Source of the DNA: Eledone cirrhosa
Taxonomy: Eukaryota
Assembly: GCA_964016885.1 (NCBI GenBank)
Contig: OZ024742.1
Span: forward strand, 90,148,001 to 90,212,000
Reading direction: 5' to 3'
DNA: 64,000 nt
Shown here: positions 52,760 through 64,000 of the stretch, piece by piece
How the letters are laid out: each line of letters begins with the position of its first letter
Numbering within the stretch: the stretch's first letter is position 1
The notes under the pieces: model-generated
Told to the model about the DNA's origin: nothing
Database searches by the model: none
Seen by the model: the letters and a program-made list of their open reading frames with translations, nothing else
Translations under genes and position numbers: made by a program

Positions 52760-54740
52760 AAAAATGTTTCTTCATCTTCTTCACTCATATATCCATGGTG
52801 ACATCATGCAGGTAGTATCTTCAAACACTTTCCGGGGTCCAAAAAGTTGCAAACATTTTCACGTGATCCAGCTAGATTCCCATGTGAAACTACGCGATCT
52901 CATGAATACTATCAAAACATCTTGCTTGAGGTCTACCTCTGGATCACCTCCCTATTGATGTGGCCCGCACAATCTAACCCTATGTTCGTAGTTCGGGCGC
53001 TGTGATCTTCCGATGCGGTGAAGTTTGAGCGAATTTCCGATCTCCGAACTACGCAGCCTATCCAGTCATTAATCAAGATCCATGACCATAGGAAGGTTTA
53101 AGCACGAACACCGAATTGAAGATAGCAAGTGTAGCCTTTCACGTACCTCGTGTACCTTCTGATGACCACGTCTAGAAGATGGCGCATTATTGCAACAGCT
53201 TGTGCAATTCTTCCATTAAATTCAGCCTCCAGTCATCTATCAATCGTGAAAATGGGTCCGAGATACTTGAACGAATCCACCTACTTCAGTGTAATTCCTT
53301 TCACATGCTTAACATACTACGCAGATTTATTCATTTCTGTCCGAGAGCAATCGACTGCAAGGCTATCCTGTGCATATTGGAGAGTAGCTTCCGGCGAGAT
53401 ATGTAACAGTAAGTGGACTGCAAATATCAGCTACTGATCCTACACTCACCGGTTTTGATATCACTTCCAGCCCAGCTGCACATGTCAATCATGTTCATAA
53501 AGATTATGAACATGTGAGGTGATAATACGCACGCTTAATAGAGTCCGACTTCCACATTGAATGGATTCGACTAATCTCCATTTATCAGAACACAAATAAT
53601 AGGGCATTTGCATGAAATTCAAGGCAATACGCTGTTCTCAAATGAATACTCTTTTTAGAAACTTTAATAACACATTCCGTGGAAGTCTAACCATTAACAT
53701 TTCGAGGTCCATACATTTCTAGGCAACATTCCTACGATTCCTCGAAGACCTACTGCAGTATAAATATTTAGTCGGCTGGCTATGCTATGTCTGCGGTGAA
53801 AGCCTCACTGTTCGCCAGCTAATTTGAACTCAACAATACTCCATTATCTATTTGCCAGCCATTTAGCATAGACTTTACATGAGCAGCTTAACAAGGAGAT
53901 TCCTCTTTAATTAGAGCAATCCCTTTTTTTATTTACCATTTTTGAAAATTGGAATTATCACTCCCGACAGCAATACTTTGGTACCTATTAAGATATCCAG
54001 GATACCCCGAAGAAACGAGTCACTCAGAACACACCTTCTCTATTTAAGATTTTTAACATCTCGGACTGAATTTTATCGCCCCCAGAGGACATGCTACATT
54101 TAAGTTCTTTAATTGCTCTACTGACTTCAACCATCGTGATGCACCACATATACATCAGAAGATGCTTAGCGGGCCAAACTTAGAAGTTCAATAAACTATT
54201 CTCTCTAACTCGTGAGGGTACAGCACTCTTCAGGGAGCAGAGCCCCATGCGAGTTCCTGATGGCAGATGTGGAGGGGGATGTCTAAATATGAAGTCGGTG
54301 TATTGTCTGCCAGAATATTTCATTTAGTAATCTAAAGTCGGATTCCAACTTAACTCCCGGGTCTTCCTTAACCACTTAGCCTTGAATGCCTTTACTATCA
54401 CTGTTCCGACCTTTCTTACCTGCTTGTACTCGGAGTGCAAGAAGGAAGATTTATTTCCAAGCCAAGCTTTGTCAGCCTTTTTCATTACCCGATTGGAACC
54501 TTTAAACATCTGATTGACCAAGAATTCTTCTAGCCACCTAGAACCAAACAGAGCCGTTTTCATCTGCATAATGTAATAGCTGAAATGGACACAGGCGGGA
54601 TGAACAGTCAGCACTCAGTTTCAAGTTCCTCAGTTTGTTCAGGGAGTTCTCTGGATTTGGATGCAATATCACCCGCATACCTGGTTGACACCTCAACATC
54701 AGTCAGTCAGCGGTTCTTCCTTTCAACTGTAGGTTGTACT
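52760..54740 (-). mobile_element. Highly decayed RTE-like LINE (duplicate at ~60026-62006)
   Basis: KGITLK*VDSFKYLGPIFT..EFNGRIAQA and related RT remnants on the minus strand. Confidence 0.7.
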
Positions 54741-55664
54741 TGTCAATTTCTAGATTTCCTTGATTTAATTATCCTGAGTTTGCAGATAACTAGATGGTGA
54801 TTAATTGACAGCTTAGCTCATCAAACTTTTTAGCACTAACCTCCAGTGCAGAATCGAGGAGACCAAAGACAATAAATATGGATTACTCACTTCTGTCTAG
54901 ATTTCGCTTATATATATCGTTGTGCTAGAGAAGGGTTTTCATAATAGTGTTTAACATCGAAACAATACTCAATTTTCAATATTTCAATTACTGCTTGTCA
55001 GCAAGTCTATATTTCACTGATGTTTTTATATATGTTTTGCACACATATACACAGTGCTTTACACGTTATGTATGTGCATAGATGTCTACCTCAGTGTATA
55101 TACGTGAACACGGTAGCTGTGTATATCTTTATGCACATGGAATCTTAGGCTTATTTCTGAACTCATATCATGCCAAAGCGAGATCCCAGATGTTCATGCA
55201 GATGATTAAGTTCAATTACTATATCTCAGATACTTCGGGTATGATTTCAATATAAAATAGCTGAATGATGAGACAGGACACTAACCAAGCGTGACTGGGG
55301 GAATTGTGGCAACTGTTGATGCAAAGCAAGTAAAATTAATCGCTACGATAAAAAGGGTACGATCAATTAACATCGAAGTGGGTGAAGAAACATCTGCATG
55401 GCAAATATGTTGCCCGTAGCAAAAAGCTGATGTTGATTGTGTTGACTAGAGGTACCTATATCAAAGACTGCACCCATCTAATAGCTAGAGGCACAGAGTG
55501 AGGGCTTCATCTTAGCTGCCCAAAATTAAGTTAAGTGTCGATTCTGAAATGATGCGATTTGTGGTCCACTTAATCTCTGCATGTAAAGTTTTAGCATCAG
55601 TAGCATTTAAATCAAGGCATGACAAAGATTGCCAATATTTACACTGGTTAATATGTCGGAGTTA

Positions 55665-55850
55665 TCAAATCAAACCTGACGAGTAGTAAAAGTATTGACT
55701 TGATGGTATAACTGAGGGAGAAAATGTAACGATTATTTGCGACTTTCCTGTACATACAGATAGGACAGTCAAGGCTAACAAACCGGATATTATTGTAAAT
55801 AAACAACATAACGCAGTGTGTTTATTGATTGATATGAGCTTCCCATGTCT
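55665..55850 (+). mobile_element. R4-type RLE fragment (duplicate at ~62931)
   Basis: VTIICDFPVHTDRTVKANKPDIIV..CLLIDMSFP. Confidence 0.75.
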
Positions 55851-56121
55851 CATTGTATACATTGGTAACCCAGTTAACACAACATATTGCTTAAATTTAC
55901 AGCTTAAAATATATACACAAATATTCAGATCTAGCTGTCGAAACGGCCGCAGCTCAGCCGTCGGGTCCTGACTCTTTTCTTATTACCCACTCTACTACCC
56001 TAAGTATTGAGTACTCTGGTGCGTTATGGTCCACCTGCTATCTTACCACACCTTATTTGTTCTTTATACGCACACATACACACTAACACACACATATATA
56101 TATATATATATATACACACAC

Positions 56122-56165
<44 letters not shown>

Positions 56166-56226
56166 ATATATATATATATAGTAATAAATGTAAAATATAT
56201 CACTATAGCATCATATTTATTTCATT

Positions 56227-56408
56227 GGATTGGCAGTATCGGTAGAGGGTCGGACGCCATGCTTTGACGCATAGAGTTACGGCCCTTTCCATTCTGAGTT
56301 CAAAGCCCGCCGAGGTCAACTTTGCCTTTCATCCTTACGGGGTCGATAACATAAAGTACCAGTAATGTAATGGGTACTTGCTGGCCTTGTGCCAAAGATA
56401 GAAACAAT
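56227..56408 (+). mobile_element. tRNA-derived SINE (duplicate at 63495-63676)
   Basis: A/B boxes and core shared with 33557-33738. Confidence 0.85.
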
Positions 56409-56456
56409 TATATATATTTCAAGGATACTAGTTTATAGTATGCTTTCATCAGATAA
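56405..56456 (-). ncRNA. Type I hammerhead with stem I clipped by the SINE (duplicate at 63673-63724)
   Basis: UUAU-CUGAUGA-AAGCAUACUA/UAGUAUCCUU-GAAA-UAUAUA-UA-AU. Confidence 0.7.
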
Positions 56457-56698
56457 AATATAATATATGATGTATCAGATAGTGACATGCCCCCAAAATA
56501 GACCTCATACGGTCAAATTAAAATGCGCAGGTGATTTAAAATTTCAAAATTTCTTAGGATGTAAATTAATTGAGAGAGAGATTGCTTTGTAGAGCGTTCA
56601 TTATGAACATAACTCTGCTGAAAACTTGTCAACAAAGCATATAACTCGTTGTTTATATATATATATATAAGTAATAACACAACAGTTAGTTCACCATA

Positions 56699-56737
56699 CC
56701 GAGAAAAATGTTTCACCTTAGCGGATCTTCAGCTCGG
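56699..56737 (-). ncRNA. Hammerhead with degenerate stem III (duplicate from 63967, cut by the window end)
   Basis: CCGAG-CUGAAGA-UCC(GCUAA)GGU-GAAA-CAUUU-UU-CUCGG. Confidence 0.6.
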
Positions 56738-56968
56738 ACTATTCATGGTTAAACGGAACAGGAAGAACAGACGTATGAACGCGCATGCGCAGAAACGGTC
56801 ATTACACCCAAGCGATACAAATCCACGGGCGAAAGTCCGGAAAAGATGTTCGAGTTGATTAGAAAATTAGAATGTTTTTGTTATTCAATCCGGAGCTTTG
56901 TAGTTATGCAAGATGTGTTTCCAGACATGTGGACAACGTGAGAATATTCCATTTTTGATATTAGGTTA

Positions 56969-59406
56969 GTGTTAGTGGGATGAGTGAGTGTGGAGAAAGG
57001 GTTTGGGTGGAGCGGGGAGAGAAGAGTGTGGGGGTCGATGGAGGGAGTGTGGTGTACTGGTGTGTGTGTAGTTTGATGAAGAGGGTGTTAGTGGGTGTTA
57101 GTATACGGGAGGTGGAGAAAGGGTTGAATGCAGGTGTGAGTGGGGGTTAGTGTTGGTAGGGTGTGTAGAGTTGGTGGTGTACGAGGGTGTGTGGGTACGT
57201 GTGCGTGGGGTTGGGGGTGTTAGTGATGTTAGTTGCGTGTGGGGTGGGTGGTGTAAGTGGGTGCGTGTGTTCGTGTGCTTGGGGTCAGGCGGTGTTAGTG
57301 ATGTTAGTTGCGGGGTGGTGGGATGGATGTGTGGGGGTGAGGGTTAGTGGTGGTAGTAGGGTGTGTGTTTAGTGTGAGCGCGTGTATATATGTGCCGGTG
57401 GGTGTGTGCGTGTGATAAGGAGGGGGGAGGAGAAGAAGGGAGGGATGTTAGTATGTTAGTTGGGGAAGGGTGGTCGGATGAGAGGCGGAGTGGAGGTGTT
57501 AGTATTGTTATTTGTGGGGTGGGCGGTGAAAAGGAGGGGTGTGTTAGTGGGGGATATATGTGTGGGGGGGGCGAAGGCTAAAGGAATAAGGGTGGGGACT
57601 TCAGGCCGGGGGTAGTGTGGGTCTGTAAGATGAAGATGGTTCTTTGTTCAACTCTGAGGAGATTGGAGGGTGTCCCGTGGCATTGGAGTAGGCCACAGAC
57701 TGTGAGATGGCGTGCGGAATGTCCAGAGGCACCAAAGTGGCGGGCGTTGGGGGAACTACCACCGAGACGAATATTCCGGAGGTGCTCAGTGAATAGGTCC
57801 GCCAGGCGACGTCCCGTCTGTCCGACATAAGTCGGGCTGCACTCCGTGCAGCGAACTCCGTAGACTAGGTTGGAGGAGGTGCAGTGGAAGGCATGTCGGA
57901 CAGAGAGAGAGTGGCCGTTGGGACCCTTGAAGGTGGTGGTGTTGGTGATGTGGGGACAGGTGTTGCAGCGGGGCCTGGAACAGTGAAAGGAACCGGGGGG
58001 GAAAGAGCGTGGGTTGAGGGTAGGGAGCTGTGGACGAGGAGGTTGGTGAGATTGCGTGCGCGTTTGAAGGAAAGGAGTGGTGGGGTTGGGAAGATGTGGG
58101 AGGTGGAGGGGTCGGACTGGAGGCGTCCGAAGAGGCGGCGGATGGTGCGGTGGAGGGGTAAGATGGAGGAGTGGTAGGTGATGGGGAAGGGGAGACGGTG
58201 GGTGTGTGTGCGGTGGCGTGGGGTGAGGGTGGTGGAGCGGTGGACAGCACGGGCGCGGGGGGGGGGGGAGGTAACCTCTGCGGATGAAATGGCTGACTAG
58301 GGAAAGGGCCTGGGACTCGAAGTCAGCATCTCGGCTACAGAGGCGGCGGATCCTGAGGAGTTGGGAGTACGGAATAGAGTGTTTAGTGTGTGTGGGGTGG
58401 GAAGAGGTGAAGTCGAGGTAAGAGTGGGAGTCGGTGGGTTTGAAGAAGGCGGAGGTGACGTGGGAGTGGTGGGAGGGGTCGAAGGCGACGGAGATGTCTA
58501 AGAAGTGGACGTGGGTGGTGGAGATAGAGGTGGTGAAGTGGAGGGAAGGGTGGAAGGAGCAGAAGAAGGAGAGAAAGGAGTCGAGCTGTTCTCGGGTGAG
58601 GGTAGTGGCTCCGATACAGTCGTCAATGTAACGACCGTACAGTTCGGGCGTGGGGCCGGTGTACTGGGCAAAGATTTGGGCCTCAACATGGCCAACAAAA
58701 AGGTTGGCATAGTTCAGGCCCATTCTTGTACCCATGGCTACCCCCGTGACCTGTTGGTAAAACTCACCCGAGAAGGAGAAACAATTGAGGGTGAGGACCA
58801 GCTCGGCGAGCCGAAGGAGGGTGGGGTGAAGGGAATGGGGGAGGGGCGAAGGTCGAGGTAGTGTTTGAGGGCGCGTAGGCCGTCGGCGTGGGGGATGACG
58901 GTATAGAGGGACTTGATGTCTAGGGTGAAGAGGAAGGGCTGTGGGCCGGGTGGGTAGGTGAAGGAGTCGAAAAGTCGCAGGGCGTGGTTGGTGTCGGAGG
59001 TGTCGGAGGGGAGGGTGGTGACAAGGGGGGCGAGGATGGAGTCGAGAAAGGCGAAGATGAGTTCGGTGGGGCAGTTGCAAGCGGAGACGATGGGGCGGCC
59101 GGGTTTGTCGGGTTTGTGGAGTTTGGGGAGGAAGTAGATGGTGGGGGTGCGGGGGGTGCGGACGATGAGGTGGCAAGCGGTGGGGGGGTGAAGAGACAAG
59201 GTGTTGGATGGTTGAGGAAACTTGTTGTTGGTAGAGGAGTGTGGGATCGGAGGGTAGAGGGCGGTAGAAGAGGGGGTTACAGAGCTGCCTGAGGGCTTCG
59301 GCCGTGTAGAGGTCCGCGCGCCACACCACCACGGAGCCTCCCTTGTCCGCCGGTTTGATGACGATGTCATCTCGGCTACGGAGGGAGCGGAGAGCGAGGA
59401 GTTCGT
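56969..59406 (-). mobile_element. Second copy of the Neptune-type PLE (RT plus GIY-YIG), lacking the distal 3'UTR and HHR
   Basis: ORFs 57578-59449 and 58738-59370 together give the RT and GIY-YIG motifs. Confidence 0.93.
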
Positions 59407-59527
59407 ACTCGCACCACCAACAACTCAAACGAAGACGGGTGAGTTGCATTACGTCGAGTTCTCTCCCTAATATTACATCAAGGTTGACTATACGGAATGA
59501 CCAGTTCTACCCAGTGGTGAACCAACA

Positions 59528-59569
<42 letters not shown>

Positions 59570-59631
59570 TAGGAAAAGGTATGATCCTTCGTTATATATA
59601 TATATAGGTAAGTTATTTATTTTGGAAAGCC

Positions 59632-59682
59632 AGATTCCTGATGATTTCTAAAGAATGAAACAGTTCTAGTCCTGTAGAATCT
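59632..59682 (+). ncRNA. Duplicate of the 52366 hammerhead
   Basis: Identical motif. Confidence 0.8.
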
Positions 59683-62600
59683 CATATATATATATATATA
59701 TATATATACGCGTGTCTGTGTATGCAATGTGTATGTTATATATGTATATATGTAGTTTTCCTATGTATTTATGTTCGATGTTATATATTTGTTTTGTTTT
59801 ATCGTGTATAAATATAAATCTGCCTAAGTATTGCTGAATGATTTATGGGTATGTAAGTAATAGAATGTTTGTGCCTATTCGGGATTAGATGTACGTCCCT
59901 TTTTTATTGTGTATTTCTCTTTGTTTTTATATTCTTCTCTGTGTTTGCGCTCGTTTGCGTTTCTTTGTATTTTCTTCCTTCGATTAATGGCTGTAAATGA
60001 ATTCTCTATATTGATTTGTATAAGAAAAAATGTTTCTTCATCTTCTTCACTCATATATCCATGGTGACATCATGCAGGTAGTATCTTCAAACACTTTCCG
60101 GGGTCCAAAAAGTTGCAAACATTTTCACGTGATCCAGCTAGATTCCCATGTGAAACTACGCGATCTCATGAATACTATCAAAACATCTTGCTTGAGGTCT
60201 ACCTCTGGATCACCTCCCTATTGATGTGGCCCGCACAATCTAACCCTATGTTCGTAGTTCGGGCGCTGTGATCTTCCGATGCGGTGAAGTTTGAGCGAAT
60301 TTCCGATCTCCGAACTACGCAGCCTATCCAGTCATTAATCAAGATCCATGACCATAGGAAGGTTTAAGCACGAACACCGAATTGAAGATAGCAAGTGTAG
60401 CCTTTCACGTACCTCGTGTACCTTCTGATGACCACGTCTAGAAGATGGCGCATTATTGCAACAGCTTGTGCAATTCTTCCATTAAATTCAGCCTCCAGTC
60501 ATCTATCAATCGTGAAAATGGGTCCGAGATACTTGAACGAATCCACCTACTTCAGTGTAATTCCTTTCACATGCTTAACATACTACGCAGATTTATTCAT
60601 TTCTGTCCGAGAGCAATCGACTGCAAGGCTATCCTGTGCATATTGGAGAGTAGCTTCCGGCGAGATATGTAACAGTAAGTGGACTGCAAATATCAGCTAC
60701 TGATCCTACACTCACCGGTTTTGATATCACTTCCAGCCCAGCTGCACATGTCAATCATGTTCATAAAGATTATGAACATGTGAGGTGATAATACGCACGC
60801 TTAATAGAGTCCGACTTCCACATTGAATGGATTCGACTAATCTCCATTTATCAGAACACAAATAATAGGGCATTTGCATGAAATTCAAGGCAATACGCTG
60901 TTCTCAAATGAATACTCTTTTTAGAAACTTTAATAACACATTCCGTGGAAGTCTAACCATTAACATTTCGAGGTCCATACATTTCTAGGCAACATTCCTA
61001 CGATTCCTCGAAGACCTACTGCAGTATAAATATTTAGTCGGCTGGCTATGCTATGTCTGCGGTGAAAGCCTCACTGTTCGCCAGCTAATTTGAACTCAAC
61101 AATACTCCATTATCTATTTGCCAGCCATTTAGCATAGACTTTACATGAGCAGCTTAACAAGGAGATTCCTCTTTAATTAGAGCAATCCCTTTTTTTATTT
61201 ACCATTTTTGAAAATTGGAATTATCACTCCCGACAGCAATACTTTGGTACCTATTAAGATATCCAGGATACCCCGAAGAAACGAGTCACTCAGAACACAC
61301 CTTCTCTATTTAAGATTTTTAACATCTCGGACTGAATTTTATCGCCCCCAGAGGACATGCTACATTTAAGTTCTTTAATTGCTCTACTGACTTCAACCAT
61401 CGTGATGCACCACATATACATCAGAAGATGCTTAGCGGGCCAAACTTAGAAGTTCAATAAACTATTCTCTCTAACTCGTGAGGGTACAGCACTCTTCAGG
61501 GAGCAGAGCCCCATGCGAGTTCCTGATGGCAGATGTGGAGGGGGATGTCTAAATATGAAGTCGGTGTATTGTCTGCCAGAATATTTCATTTAGTAATCTA
61601 AAGTCGGATTCCAACTTAACTCCCGGGTCTTCCTTAACCACTTAGCCTTGAATGCCTTTACTATCACTGTTCCGACCTTTCTTACCTGCTTGTACTCGGA
61701 GTGCAAGAAGGAAGATTTATTTCCAAGCCAAGCTTTGTCAGCCTTTTTCATTACCCGATTGGAACCTTTAAACATCTGATTGACCAAGAATTCTTCTAGC
61801 CACCTAGAACCAAACAGAGCCGTTTTCATCTGCATAATGTAATAGCTGAAATGGACACAGGCGGGATGAACAGTCAGCACTCAGTTTCAAGTTCCTCAGT
61901 TTGTTCAGGGAGTTCTCTGGATTTGGATGCAATATCACCCGCATACCTGGTTGACACCTCAACATCAGTCAGTCAGCGGTTCTTCCTTTCAACTGTAGGT
62001 TGTACTTGTCAATTTCTAGATTTCCTTGATTTAATTATCCTGAGTTTGCAGATAACTAGATGGTGATTAATTGACAGCTTAGCTCATCAAACTTTTTAGC
62101 ACTAACCTCCAGTGCAGAATCGAGGAGACCAAAGACAATAAATATGGATTACTCACTTCTGTCTAGATTTCGCTTATATATATCGTTGTGCTAGAGAAGG
62201 GTTTTCATAATAGTGTTTAACATCGAAACAATACTCAATTTTCAATATTTCAATTACTGCTTGTCAGCAAGTCTATATTTCACTGATGTTTTTATATATG
62301 TTTTGCACACATATACACAGTGCTTTACACGTTATGTATGTGCATAGATGTCTACCTCAGTGTATATACGTGAACACGGTAGCTGTGTATATCTTTATGC
62401 ACATGGAATCTTAGGCTTATTTCTGAACTCATATCATGCCAAAGCGAGATCCCAGATGTTCATGCAGATGATTAAGTTCAATTACTATATCTCAGATACT
62501 TCGGGTATGATTTCAATATAAAATAGCTGAATGATGAGACAGGACACTAACCAAGCGTGACTGGGGGAATTGTGGCAACTGTTGATGCAAAGCAAGTAAA

Positions 62601-63387
62601 ATTAATCGCTACGATAAAAAGGGTACGATCAATTAACATCGAAGTGGGTGAAGAAACATCTGCATGGCAAATATGTTGCCCGTAGCAAAAAGCTGATGTT
62701 GATTGTGTTGACTAGAGGTACCTATATCAAAGACTGCACCCATCTAATGGCTAGAGGCACAGAGTGAGGGCTTCATCTTAGCTGCCCAAAATTAAGTTAA
62801 GTGTCGATTCTGAAATGATGCGATTTGTGGTCCACTTAATCTCTGCATGTAAAGTTTTAGCATCAGTAGCATTTAAATCAAGGCATGACAAAGATTGCCA
62901 ATATTTACACTGGTTAATATGTCGGAGTTATCAAATCAAACCTGACGAGTAGTAAAAGTATTGACTTGATGGTATAACTGAGGGAGAAAATGTAACGATT
63001 ATTTGCGACTTTCCTGTACATACAGATAGGACAGTCAAGGCTAACAAACCGGATATTATTGTAAATAAACAACATAACGCAGTGTGTTTATTGATTGATA
63101 TGAGCTTCCCATGTCTCATTGTATACATTGGTAACCCAGTTAACACAACATATTGCTTAAATTTACAGCTTAAAATATATACACAAATATTCAGATCTAG
63201 CTGTCGAAACGGCCGCAGCTCAGCCGTCGGGTCCTGACTCTTTTCTTATTACCCACTCTACTACCCTAAGTATTGAGTACTCTGGTGCGTTATGGTCCAC
63301 CTGCTATCTTACCACACCTTATTTGTTCTTTATACGCACACATACACACTAACACACACATATATATATATATATATATACACACAC

Positions 63388-63433
<46 letters not shown>

Positions 63434-64000
63434 ATATATATATATATAGTAATAAATGTAAAATATATCACTATAGCATCATATTTATTTCATTGGATTG
63501 GCAGTATCGGTAGAGGGTCGGACGCCATGCTTTGACGCATAGAGTTACGGCCCTTTCCATTCTGAGTTCAAAGCCCGCCGAGGTCAACTTTGCCTTTCAT
63601 CCTTACGGGGTCGATAACATAAAGTACCAGTAATGTAATGGGTACTTGCTGGCCTTGTGCCAAAGATAGAAACAATTATATATATTTCAAGGATACTAGT
63701 TTATAGTATGCTTTCATCAGATAAAATATAATATATGATGTATCAGATAGTGACATGCCCCCAAAATAGACCTCATACGGTCAAATTAAAATGCGCAGGT
63801 GATTTAAAATTTCAAAATTTCTTAGGATGTAAATTAATTGAGAGAGAGATTGCTTTGTAGAGCGTTCATTATGAACATAACTCTGCTGAAAACTTGTCAA
63901 CAAAGCATATAACTCGTTGTTTATATATATATATATAAGTAATAACACAACAGTTAGTTCACCATACCGAGAAAAATGTTTCACCTTAGCGGATCTTCAG

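Larger units (their letters stand above)
49705..64000 (+). repeat. Near-identical tandem duplication, period ~7264-7268 bp (49705-56968, then 56969 to the window end)
   Basis: Identical ORFs are offset by 7266-7268, with a few SNPs and homopolymer indels. Confidence 0.97.

Noticed and set aside
56680-56945. Host bidirectional promoter or first exon (NRF1 motif, GTGAGA and GTATGG donors)
   Set aside because: The segment contains an HHR and abuts (TA)n like the other elements, and no downstream exons are supportable.
57578-59449. 623 aa ORF as an intact protein
   Set aside because: It stays open because the C-rich strand lacks stops. The true RT motifs switch between frames, and the N-terminal MQLTRL segment comes from a foreign non-coding tail.

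Overview
This is AT-rich animal genomic DNA with no intact host gene that I can support. The tRNA-derived SINE and the dense (TA)n/(CATA)n/(TAA)n microsatellites suggest an octopus or other cephalopod, which is an inference. The window is almost entirely a nested set of decayed mobile elements: a CRE-like LINE, R4/Dong-like LINEs sitting in (CATA)n and (TAA)n, RTE fragments, a hATm-like DNA transposon, a Helitron, SINEs and several Penelope-like elements (PLEs; RT plus GIY-YIG). A ~7.27 kb tandem duplication occupies the right end. The main hidden structure is RNA. Reading both strands by eye I find about 40 hammerhead ribozyme (HHR) motifs from more than a dozen unrelated families: about 26 with an intact or covariant core, the rest degenerate or halves. 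Many lie in non-coding 515-710 bp units inserted in (TA)n as 1.1-2 head-to-tail copies with a short inverted 5' piece, which is retrozyme-like (circular-RNA-template) architecture. The most unusual is a candidate non-circularly permuted, pseudoknotted HHR with a kink-turn in stem III (38683-38748, 39198-39263, 46075-46140), supported by compensatory base changes. All folds are manual and none is tested.
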